Part shown: piece by piece, positions 45,040 through 52,565 of the stretch | Layout: every line of letters begins with the position of its first letter | How positions within the stretch are numbered: the first letter of the stretch is position 1 | Virus record (IMG/VR): IMGVR_UViG_3300005662_000060 | Span: 1 to 52,565 of that record | Source of the DNA: a virus | Lineage: Duplodnaviria > Caudoviricetes | Strand: one strand, 5' to 3' | DNA length: 52,565 nt | Position numbers and translations under genes: made by a program | The notes under the pieces: generated by a model | What the model saw: only the letters and a program-made list of their open reading frames with translations | What the model was told of the DNA's origin: nothing | Database searches by the model: none

Positions 45040-45068
45040 ATTGTAGCACATTTTTAGTTCGGCGTGGT
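45040..45068 (-). promoter_or_regulatory. Repeated early promoter
   Basis: ccGAACTaaaaatgtgc-TACAAT; weak -35. Confidence 0.65.
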
Positions 45069-45161
45069 ACACCGTACCCTTCAGGGTATTTCTTCACAAA
45101 TATTTCGAAGGGGCGGCACCTCGATCGTCGACGCAATTCGTCGGGTAGGGGTCCCTCTTTT

Positions 45162-45506
45162 ACGAATCGATTCGTGCCGAACAAGCTCAGTATCCCCAGA
45201 TCCTATTCATCATGAAGCAGATCACTCCCCTCATGAACAATGAACCAGTTCGGCATACACGAAGGCAATGTGCATGATTCAGTTCATGACGAAGCATGAA
45301 TCAGTTCGCAATCCAGGGATGTGCGCCTTCGCCTTCTTCGGCAGAATGTGCTCGAAGGAGTTCTTGAGAATCTACGAAACGATGTGCTTCGCAACACGAA
45401 CCCGAAAGAAGCATGAATCAGTTCGCAGTAGATCAATGTGCGACTCGGCGCTTCGTAGTCTGGTCATGTGCATGAATGAGTTCGCTCATGTGCATGAATC
45501 AGTTCG
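45162..45506. repeat. Non-coding array of ATGAATCAGTTCG-like sites
   Basis: Copies at 45240, 45274, 45296, 45413, 45472 and 45494, palindrome acgaatcgattcgt at 45162, and interspersed ATGTGC. Confidence 0.85.
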
Positions 45507-45520
45507 AGGGCGAAAAAGAA

Positions 45521-45557
45521 GAGAGCCCCTGACCCTCTGGGGATCAGGGACTCTCTC
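45521..45557 (-). terminator. Intrinsic terminator
   Basis: gagagcccctga ... tcagggactctc stem followed by UUCUUUUU on the minus strand. Confidence 0.75.
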
Positions 45558-45567
45558 CTGAGATAGT

Positions 45568-45753
45568 TCAGTTGCTGCTGATCTCGATGCCACACCTGAC
45601 CTGGAACTCGAGGTAGTGCCTCCAGCAGGAGTAGATGATCACTCCACTGACTGGCTCGAAGAGAAGCGGCATCCCCTGATCCCTGCACTCTGCGAGCACT
45701 CGCATCTCATCCTCATCCACGTCGACCCACTCACACTCATGCTGCTCTTCCAC
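45568..45753 (-). CDS. Small hypothetical protein
   Basis: 61 aa; RBS AGGAGG. Confidence 0.6.
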   Translation of the reverse strand: MEEQHECEWVDVDEDEMRVLAECRDQGMPLLFEPVSGVIIYSCWRHYLEFQVRCGIEISSN

Positions 45754-45781
45754 TCTTGCCTCCTATCGTCTGGGGAGGGGC

Positions 45782-45988
45782 TCAGCCCCTCCCTCCTCTT
45801 CCGGTGAAGAACTCTCGGATCTCAGCGTCGCTGTAGCCAGCTCGGCGCAGCTTCCGCATCGCCACTGCCTCCCTCTTTCGCACGAGTTCTCGAGGAGACT
45901 CGAGCATCTCACCAGCAGTCTCGAGATCGTTCCCACTGAATCGAATCGAGAGGATCATGTCCTCCAGATCGTCGATGAACTCTTCCAT
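45782..45988 (-). CDS. Small hypothetical protein
   Basis: 68 aa; RBS AGGGAG. Confidence 0.7.
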   Translation of the reverse strand: MEEFIDDLEDMILSIRFSGNDLETAGEMLESPRELVRKREAVAMRKLRRAGYSDAEIREFFTGRGGRG

Positions 45989-46026
45989 GCTAGCTCCCTT
46001 CGTAGGTTGGATTCTGTGACTTGGCT

Positions 46027-46060
46027 AGGGGAGGAGGGGGTCGCATCCCCTCCTCCCCCT
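46027..46060 (-). terminator. Terminator-like hairpin
   Basis: ggggaggagggg / cccctcctcccc stem immediately after 46066. Confidence 0.65.
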
Positions 46061-46065
46061 GACCG

Positions 46066-46632
46066 CTAGCTGAGCAGAGCCCTGACCAGCTGAGCCTTCG
46101 TCTTGCCCTTCGGCTCGATCCCGGCATCCTTGGCCAGCTCCCGGAGCGTCGTGACCTCCATCCGCATCAGCTTCTGGAGTTCAGCCTGCTCTTCGGGGCT
46201 CTTCTCGGACTTGAGGTCAATCAGGGTTCCTTCGGTCTTCAGCGTGTCCTCGTAGAACCTGCTGTCGTCCTGGAAGAACCGGCCTCCCTTGCCAGTCCGG
46301 TGACCCCTGTCGGAGACGCCGGACTCTCGGATTGCCTTCCTGACCTGACCCTCGGTCGCATCGAGTGCCACCATGATCCGGCCGATCCCCCATCCCTTCT
46401 TGCCACGGGGATCCGCAGCTTCGAAGCGAAGGTAGTTGACCAGATCGTGGCTGAAGCTCCACGGCCCGACCCCCGGCTGGGGGAGACCGGCGAGGAGCCA
46501 CTCGAAGCGGAAGACGTGGAGTTCGGCAGGAGTGTGGCTCACCCCGACCTGCTTCCGGGCCTCCGCTGCCCCGATGCCCTGGAGCATCAGAAGCAGGACC
46601 TTGTCCAGTTGTGCTGTGCTGTACTTGCCCAC
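46066..46632 (-). CDS. Putative DNA-binding protein (paralog family) with a C-terminal SAP/HeH-like motif
   Basis: Paralog of 42887..43492; ends LRELAKDAGIEPKGKTKAQLVRALL; RBS AGGAGGT. Confidence 0.8.
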   Translation of the reverse strand: MGKYSTAQLDKVLLLMLQGIGAAEARKQVGVSHTPAELHVFRFEWLLAGLPQPGVGPWSFSHDLVNYLRFEAADPRGKKGWGIGRIMVALDATEGQVRKAIRESGVSDRGHRTGKGGRFFQDDSRFYEDTLKTEGTLIDLKSEKSPEEQAELQKLMRMEVTTLRELAKDAGIEPKGKTKAQLVRALLS

Positions 46633-46825
46633 AGTTACCTCCTAGGTTGAGACGGGCAGCCTCGGCGCACGGTACGCCGATTGTGGTCTGCTGCCCTATC
46701 GAGCCCCGGTTGTCCAGAGCCCGATGGCGCAGCAGGCTCCAAGTCAGCCAGCTAGCGGTCGTTCAGTTGCCAAGTACCACGGCCCGCCCCCGGAGGCCCC
46801 GTGGCCCCCGGTTGCTGGCAGCTAC

Positions 46826-46854
46826 AGCGTACCACGCAACTATGTTACGGAAAC
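46826..46854 (-). promoter_or_regulatory. Promoter candidate
   Basis: gtgg-TACGCT-gta extended -10 closely matching the 38540 promoter; weak -35. Confidence 0.5.
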
Positions 46855-46916
46855 ATCCCCTAAACGATGTCTTTTGTTGCAATTCTGTTACGGCCAGGAC
46901 ACGAATGTTGACTTTT

Positions 46917-47141
46917 TCACTCATCCCAAGACAGAAAAGCATCCATATCCACAACAACCCCACGAACTTTGTCCGGAAGATCTTGCTCTACCACCCGAAA
47001 AGAAGATGAACCCAATAGCTCAAGCAGAAGCACGACCGCATCACCTTCAGACTCCGCATCGATCCAAGCGTTCAGATCAATGCGAACAGATCCTTCACGC
47101 ACCACCGGAACCGAATAGATCTCAACATGAAACGTATCCAT
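46917..47141 (-). CDS. Small hypothetical protein
   Basis: MDTFHVEIY..., TGATG-coupled to the resolvase stop. Confidence 0.6.
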   Translation of the reverse strand: MDTFHVEIYSVPVVREGSVRIDLNAWIDAESEGDAVVLLLELLGSSSFRVVEQDLPDKVRGVVVDMDAFLSWDE

Positions 47142-47782
47142 CAAACCGACCTCATCTTTTTGAGCTGCCTGACACCGAGAACTGCATGGCGGAGAGCATC
47201 TTGACCGTGCGGCTTGCCCTTGCACACATCACCGAACCAACGCTTGAGCTGTTCATTTGTAACCACTGACTTCGCAGAGGGAGCGCTGATCAGAAGATGA
47301 GTATCAGAGCTCATCTGCATGAACAGAGAACAAAATGAGCTACCGATGGCAACCGGAGTGATCGCGTTGCGACCAGCGATGCCTTTAGATCCATTTTCTG
47401 GCCTGAGAATGAAGTCTTCCATGACGACTGCGGCGAGCAGACCACCATCGCCACCAGAATCTCTCAGATGCTCTTCTCCACCCGCACTCAAATCTTCTTG
47501 TTCGCTTATCTTCGACCATTCCATCTCCGATTCGATAGAGGCGCACACTTTCATGGCCATCCCAAGACCGGCAGAAGACATCTTCTGCCACCAGTTCTCA
47601 GAGCTCCTGAATGGATGCTCAATGACGGCATCTCCGACCTCCTGAAGCTCATCAACATGAGACTGACCCACAGCAACATCCCACTTACCCGAAGAATACT
47701 TGTCGCTCATGCGACCCTTCAGAACTGCGAATCCGCTCGTAACACCCGGATCTAAACCGACCACCACCACAAGTTTTGACAT
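47141..47782 (-). CDS. RuvC-like Holliday junction resolvase
   Basis: VGLDPG.TSGFA, VVMEDF and H..DA.RHA RNase H-fold motifs. Confidence 0.8.
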   Translation of the reverse strand: MSKLVVVVGLDPGVTSGFAVLKGRMSDKYSSGKWDVAVGQSHVDELQEVGDAVIEHPFRSSENWWQKMSSAGLGMAMKVCASIESEMEWSKISEQEDLSAGGEEHLRDSGGDGGLLAAVVMEDFILRPENGSKGIAGRNAITPVAIGSSFCSLFMQMSSDTHLLISAPSAKSVVTNEQLKRWFGDVCKGKPHGQDALRHAVLGVRQLKKMRSV

Positions 47783-47858
47783 GTCAGATACAACGCCTTT
47801 CTGTCGCTCAAGAAATCTAAACCTCAATAACCCCAGTATTTTAGCGGTTTTTTGGCTC

Positions 47859-48058
47859 GCATAAAAACAAAACTAAAAATGTCTATACGCGAGCGCATGT
47901 GAGGAAAAAAGACCCACTGTCAAAATTTACGACTCACCACCACCACACATCGTGTCACTTTCTAGAAAGTGAAAACTGAAATCTAGATTCAAAACCCACC
48001 CACCCCTCACCTCGCGCGTGCGCTCGTGCTGGTGACATTTTTATTTTTGTTTTTATGC
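47859..48058. repeat. Inverted-repeat element 2 at the divergent transcription switch, with a central 18-bp palindrome
   Basis: gcataaaaacaaaactaaaaatgtc... / ...gacatttttatttttgtttttatgc arms; tcactttctagaaagtga at 47955-47972. Confidence 0.88.
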
Positions 48059-48081
48059 ACCCCGCCACCTATGATGCTCCC

Positions 48082-49068
48082 ATGACCAATACAAACCCAG
48101 ATCTAACACTCGCCACCTCGCGCAGAATCTGTCCGGTGTGCAGCTCTCCCTTCCTCATCGACGTCACCAAGAACGGTCGTCCACCCATCTACTGCTCAGA
48201 GCCATGCCGCCAAGAGGGAAGCTCTGATCCGAAGAGCGCCATTCGCCGATGCTGCCCAACATGCGAGCAGCACTTCACGACAGACATGACCGGGAAGCGA
48301 GGTAGCGCCTCCACCTACTGCTCTCAGAAGTGCAAAGAGCAGCACGCCAGCCTCTCCCGATACCGGAGGGTCAGAACCTGCCCTCAGTGCCGGGGCTATC
48401 TTCCACCGAAGCAGTCTTTCTGCAGCCCCCAATGCGTTGCTGATTTCTCAGCAGCCAACCCTCCACCGCCCTGCCTCACCTGCGAAAGAGAGATGATCAC
48501 CGACCCCGAAGCTTTGCGGATGCCGCCCAAGTTCTGCAGCAAGGCGTGTCGGGAAGAACTTCTGGGCATCTCAGACTGGCGACTTGCCGAACAGGCCATG
48601 CGAGATCGTGACCTTGACAGCGCACAGAGGTCCAAGAGGTTCAGGCGCAAGGGCCGAAAAGACCCGCAGACAGCCAAGCCCCACCAATACGTCATGGCGA
48701 TGGCACACTCTGAGAAGCTCCGATGGGGACTCTATCCCGAGAAGCTTCTGGTGCAGATCCTCAAGCTCGGCTGGAAAGACGAGCGTGAGTTTTTCACGAC
48801 CGAAGATCGCTGGCCACCAGCCGTCTACGAGCGCCTCAGTGGCGTGCCGCAAGACCAGCGCCAACCCGTCGCAGCCGTCAACCTCATCATCCGGCAGTAC
48901 GGCCAGACTGAAGGCAGCCTTCTCCCACCCGATCCAGATGCCCCAAGCGAGGCGAGCTACAAAGCCCGTGCGAAGGAATTGCGCGAGGCTTTCAAGAGCG
49001 AGAAGAGCGCACCAGACTACGTTGATCTCTACATCAGGATGACCGGAAACAATCCCAACAGACGATGA
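48082..49068 (+). CDS. Multi-zinc-finger protein
   Basis: Four CxxC...(Y/F)CSxxC units followed by a basic and helical region. Confidence 0.75.
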   Translation: MTNTNPDLTLATSRRICPVCSSPFLIDVTKNGRPPIYCSEPCRQEGSSDPKSAIRRCCPTCEQHFTTDMTGKRGSASTYCSQKCKEQHASLSRYRRVRTCPQCRGYLPPKQSFCSPQCVADFSAANPPPPCLTCEREMITDPEALRMPPKFCSKACREELLGISDWRLAEQAMRDRDLDSAQRSKRFRRKGRKDPQTAKPHQYVMAMAHSEKLRWGLYPEKLLVQILKLGWKDEREFFTTEDRWPPAVYERLSGVPQDQRQPVAAVNLIIRQYGQTEGSLLPPDPDAPSEASYKARAKELREAFKSEKSAPDYVDLYIRMTGNNPNRR

Positions 49069-50168
49069 GAATCCCAGTCGAGAAATCTCCGTTCATCTAC
49101 ACGAACATCAACATCATCCCCAACAACAGAAACTTCGTCCTCGGACAGTTCACACCTAAGAGCTTCAAGGCTTGGTGTTGGACCCAGAGCCCACCGCTCT
49201 GTGCCGAATGCGGAACTATTTTCAGCAGGCCGCAAAAGCCGCGATACTTCTGCAAGCCGAGCTGCCAGAAGCGTTGGGATGATCGACTTGGTCCACGACC
49301 ATACGTTCCTGTGGCTTATCGCAACAAAGATTGGCCCGGTAAAGCAGCGGGTGAGCTGCCGCCTGAGCTCCAAGCAGTTAGAGATCAATGGAACAAAGAA
49401 CTGGACGGCGATCGGAAAAACTCCGCCGTCATTCCCTGCGGCTCACCCATGAACACCTATCCGACAAATGAGTTTCCACTGCGACCTGACCGTAGAGGTT
49501 CTCTTTGTCAGCTTCCTGCTGGCTTCAGGACAAACCACGCCGGTCAGGGTCACTGCGCTTTCCACGGCGGCAGCACAAGAAACTCGAACATCAAGGCCCA
49601 ACGAGAACGTTTTCTCGAGGAAGCGAGACTGAGAACCATGATTTACGGCACGCCCGTCGAGCAAATTGATCCAGGAGAGGCCGTCTTGCAAGAGCTTGCA
49701 AGAACAGCCGGTCACGTTCAGTGGCTCTACGAGAAGATGCAGGAGGTGGAAGATGACTACGGCAAGGACACAGCTCTTCAGCAGAGCACCAAGCTGGGAA
49801 GAACTCCAGCCGTCTGGGTTGATCTTTACTATCGGGAGCGTCAACACCTTCTTTCCGTAGCCAAGACGGCTGCCAGCATGGGGATTCAAGAGCGCCAGAT
49901 CCGTCTGGCCGAAGAGCAGGGTCGTTTGCTCGCAGATGTCATCCGTAGTTTCATGCAGGATCCAGACCTTGGTCTGAGCCCAGAGCAGATGGTGAAAGCT
50001 CCAGAGCTCATGCGACGCCATCTAGCAGCTATTCCCATGAGTACCAAGCCAAAGTCTCAAGCACCGAGTATCTTGTTGGAAGACGGACTTCTTGCAGATA
50101 CACCGAGGGAAGACTTCCTCGATGCAGAAGTCGTCGATGAGACTTTTGAGGACGATCCGGAGGATTGA
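49065..50168 (+). CDS. Probable terminase small subunit with an N-terminal zinc finger
   Basis: C...AG..T.H.G.G.C.FHGGST (HGGxSTG-type), P..A.L.E..R..G.V.WL and LY..ER..L......GI.ER...LAE..G motifs. Confidence 0.72.
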   Translation: MRIPVEKSPFIYTNINIIPNNRNFVLGQFTPKSFKAWCWTQSPPLCAECGTIFSRPQKPRYFCKPSCQKRWDDRLGPRPYVPVAYRNKDWPGKAAGELPPELQAVRDQWNKELDGDRKNSAVIPCGSPMNTYPTNEFPLRPDRRGSLCQLPAGFRTNHAGQGHCAFHGGSTRNSNIKAQRERFLEEARLRTMIYGTPVEQIDPGEAVLQELARTAGHVQWLYEKMQEVEDDYGKDTALQQSTKLGRTPAVWVDLYYRERQHLLSVAKTAASMGIQERQIRLAEEQGRLLADVIRSFMQDPDLGLSPEQMVKAPELMRRHLAAIPMSTKPKSQAPSILLEDGLLADTPREDFLDAEVVDETFEDDPED

Positions 50169-50170
50169 TC

Positions 50171-50842
50171 ATGGCTCTCGGAGCACGAGGCACCACCAAC
50201 TACGCACAGCCCAAGGGCAGCAACACTTCTGTTCGAGGTAATCGCCTCTCTGCCAAGGCCACGCCAGCCAGAAGTCAGTCTGCTTCCAACGTTCGAGCAG
50301 GTTCTCGAGTTGGCTCAAAGCCTTCGAGTAGCAGTCAGGTAACACTTCAGACTCGACAGGGAAAGTTCAAGGGAAGCTTCAAGGGCGGCCCTAACTCTAA
50401 GATGACTCAGTTTCAGGCACCCAACAAGATGCCAGCTCGACTGAACAAGACGGCGGCTCAGGCCATCAGTACTCAGAGGATGCGTACTGCTGGCGTCGCC
50501 GCCGCCCTATTGGTTCCGATTCCGTTTGGGCCTGCTGCTGGCATCTCTACTGTTGCGTTTTCTAAGTCGGTCAATAATTACTCAACTGTTCGCCTGAAGG
50601 CTGCTGGATACAAGGTCCGAGGTACCGGCATTGGTCGTCAGATCAAGCCAGCTAGTGTTCGAGTGCAGGCCAAGGCTCAGCGCAAGTTGGCCAAGAAGGC
50701 CGGTGGCAGGATGACTCGATCTCAGGCAAAAACGATTGCCAGATCAACTCGTTCACAGAGTCGCGGTGGCGTTGGCGGCGGCGGTCGTCGAAATGTTCGC
50801 ACTCGTCGCGATGCACGAGGGCGTTACGCAGGTTCTTACTGA
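50171..50842 (+). CDS. Highly basic Arg/Lys/Ser-rich protein
   Basis: Almost no acidic residues, one hydrophobic stretch, ends RRDARGRYAG. Confidence 0.7.
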   Translation: MALGARGTTNYAQPKGSNTSVRGNRLSAKATPARSQSASNVRAGSRVGSKPSSSSQVTLQTRQGKFKGSFKGGPNSKMTQFQAPNKMPARLNKTAAQAISTQRMRTAGVAAALLVPIPFGPAAGISTVAFSKSVNNYSTVRLKAAGYKVRGTGIGRQIKPASVRVQAKAQRKLAKKAGGRMTRSQAKTIARSTRSQSRGGVGGGGRRNVRTRRDARGRYAGSY

Positions 50843-51216
50843 TGAGCTGGACAGCCACAAAGTCGGCCAAAGGCGTCAACTTCAAGGGTCCCGCAGGAGA
50901 CACGTTGACGTTCACCGTGGTCAGTTCTGTGACGGGCATGGCTTGGAATACCTATTCTTGGTCTGGCGATGTCAAGCGAGCAGACACCGGAGCAGACGTA
51001 GCTGTGTTCTCCGTCTCAAATGCGGGAACAACGAGCAACTCTCTCAGCCTTACCGTGACGCTCAAGACGACAGAGTCTTCTAAGCTGCCGGTCGGAACTG
51101 AATGTTACTGGTCTGTTCAGGGTATCCTTCCTGTTGTAGGAGACGACCCCATCGTCAAGGAATGGTTCGGTGGAAAGATCACCGCGAGCATGGATGTGAC
51201 CACTCCAAATGCCTGA
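50842..51216 (+). CDS. Beta-rich putative virion protein
   Basis: GDT..F.V...W.G.V...YWSVQ...GKI pattern; TGATG coupling; precedes the collagen-like gene. Confidence 0.65.
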   Translation: MSWTATKSAKGVNFKGPAGDTLTFTVVSSVTGMAWNTYSWSGDVKRADTGADVAVFSVSNAGTTSNSLSLTVTLKTTESSKLPVGTECYWSVQGILPVVGDDPIVKEWFGGKITASMDVTTPNA

Positions 51217-52564
51217 GTTTCAGCTGAACAATCAGCTCAACGAGATTGAGATTGTAAGCGAGGGCGTGACTTTTGAGCTGACGCTCAACGGTGCCGTTGG
51301 AATTCAAGGCCCAGCAGGACCCGCCGGACCAGCAGGCTCGGCCGGACCCGCCGGACCGACCGGGCCAACAGGCCCAGCAGGATCTACAGGATCTACAGGA
51401 TCTACAGGACCCGCAGGTCCAATCGGACCCACAGGACCCACAGGACCCACAGGACCCGCTGGAGCCACCGGACCCACCGGACCGGCAGGAACTACCAACC
51501 ACTCCCAGCTCACTAATCTTTCAGTCGGAGACCCTCACACTCAATATCTTCTTGCTGGAACTCAGTACTCGTTCGTCACTGGGTCAGTTGAGTTGTCTGG
51601 AGTTCCTAGGACGCTCATCTTCGCAGGTCAAAACATTACTGTCAGCTTCCCAAACACAATTCCAACTTCTTGGTTCGGAAGGCCGTGGCAGTTTGTCAAC
51701 GGGGGAGATTTTCCTGTCGTTATTGACGCTGGAACTTCTGGCCTGCTGCTCAATGGGTCACAGCAGTCTTTGACCATCGGTCCTTACAGACTGTCTGAAG
51801 CATCTGTTGTTGAGCTCGTTGGTCTTGGCCAGATCATTGGTTTGAGCGTATTGGCTCCGATCGCAGCAGTAGGAGGATCTATCGGAGCTGCCGACATCAT
51901 CGCTGGCGACAACATCGTAGTGACGCCTTCCGCCAATGGTCAGTCTGTGACCATTAGGTCGACGGCTGCTGCCGGAGCTACCGGACCCGCTGGCCCTGCC
52001 GGACCTACTGGCCCCGCAGGTGCCACAGGACCAGCCGGTGCCGCAGGTGCCGCAGGTGCCACAGGAGTTGTCTCGGCCACCGCTCCTGTCACTTACAATT
52101 CAGGAACGCAGACGGTGGGGATCACCGTAGGAACAACATCAGGAACTGTGGCTGCTGGAGACGATTCCAGACTTACAGACTCAAGGACGCCTCTGGCTCA
52201 CGTTCACTCCGGAGCAGACATTACATCCGGAACTGTTCCCTATCTTCGTTTGCCGCTTCTTCACTCTTCAATGCCACTTGCTTCGGGTCAATACACCCGG
52301 ACTAGTGATCGTGCGAATGACTCTGCTTGGCCAAGCAACAACCGACTCATGTATGCCCCGATTTGGATCGAAAGCACGACCACCTTCGATCGAATCGGGA
52401 TTTATCACGCCGCCACACTTGCTGGTGCAGGTTCGGTTGTGCGACTCGGCATCTACAATTCTTCTGGTGGAGTGCCATCGAGCCTTGTGCTTGACGCTGG
52501 GACGGTTGATTTGACGACGGGTTTGGCGCAGCTCAAGACCGTCACGATCTCTCAGCAACTGACG
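51209..52564 (+). CDS. Collagen-like fibre/minor virion protein, 3'-truncated (absent from the ORF track)
   Basis: ATG 51209 (MPEFQLNNQ...) is open to the window end; two Gly-X-Y tracts (about 51300-51490 and 51975-52065); [20 protein letters not shown] fibre motif. Confidence 0.88.
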   Translation, partial: MPEFQLNNQLNEIEIVSEGVTFELTLNGAVGIQGPAGPAGPAGSAGPAGPTGPTGPAGSTGSTGSTGPAGPIGPTGPTGPTGPAGATGPTGPAGTTNHSQLTNLSVGDPHTQYLLAGTQYSFVTGSVELSGVPRTLIFAGQNITVSFPNTIPTSWFGRPWQFVNGGDFPVVIDAGTSGLLLNGSQQSLTIGPYRLSEASVVELVGLGQIIGLSVLAPIAAVGGSIGAADIIAGDNIVVTPSANGQSVTIRSTAAAGATGPAGPAGPTGPAGATGPAGAAGAAGATGVVSATAPVTYNSGTQTVGITVGTTSGTVAAGDDSRLTDSRTPLAHVHSGADITSGTVPYLRLPLLHSSMPLASGQYTRTSDRANDSAWPSNNRLMYAPIWIESTTTFDRIGIYHAATLAGAGSVVRLGIYNSSGGVPSSLVLDAGTVDLTTGLAQLKTVTISQQLT

Positions 52565-52565
52565 G

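Noticed and set aside
45240-45506. Possible CRISPR mini-array, or LexA SOS boxes
   Set aside because: The repeats are only 13-20 bp with irregular spacing (22-117 bp) and no uniform spacers. The half-sites are separated by 2 bp, not the 4 bp of the actinobacterial CGAAC-N4-GTTCG box.
51179-51773. Repetitive ORFs 51291..51773 +, 51179..51502 - and 51304..51513 -
   Set aside because: They are alternative frames of the collagen-like gene starting at 51209.
1-52565. Integrase/attP, tRNAs, reverse transcriptase/DGR, introns or inteins
   Set aside because: No recognisable motifs were seen by eye, and DnaE and the helicases look uninterrupted. tRNAscan-SE and HMM searches would be needed to exclude them formally, and the rest of the genome lies outside the window.

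Overview
The window is a large segment of a tailed (siphovirus-like) bacteriophage genome with an actinobacteriophage-style gene content. The + strand from 1 to about 19.3 kb holds a truncated giant virion protein, the head-tail and tail genes (frameshifted tail chaperone, tape measure protein, a tail esterase) and the lysis cassette. A leftward-transcribed arm (about 19.4-47.8 kb) holds replication and recombination genes (DnaE, primase-MCM-like helicase, SSB, Sak4-like ATPase, Cas4-like nuclease, SNF2 helicase, RuvC-like resolvase), a candidate nucleotide-modification cluster and many small early genes driven by a repeated promoter. After a divergent switch at about 47.9 kb come a zinc-finger gene, the probable small terminase and a collagen-like fibre gene that runs off the end. 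No integrase, tRNA or CRISPR array was seen. The most interesting candidates are: (1) a cluster of a UGM-like flavoenzyme, HAD phosphatase, SDR, Nmad1/DUF1599, methyltransferase, DnaE and a divergent ThyX that may make a hypermodified base; (2) two homologous 150-200 bp inverted-repeat elements flanking a 15 kb segment; (3) an ADP-ribosyltransferase-like C-terminus on the giant virion protein; (4) a GAAC-containing promoter family plus a YGAAY-N2-RTTCG site array and three paralogous DNA-binding proteins; (5) a hairpin RNA exposing a 16S-like anti-Shine-Dalgarno loop. All protein calls come from motifs read by eye, not from database searches.
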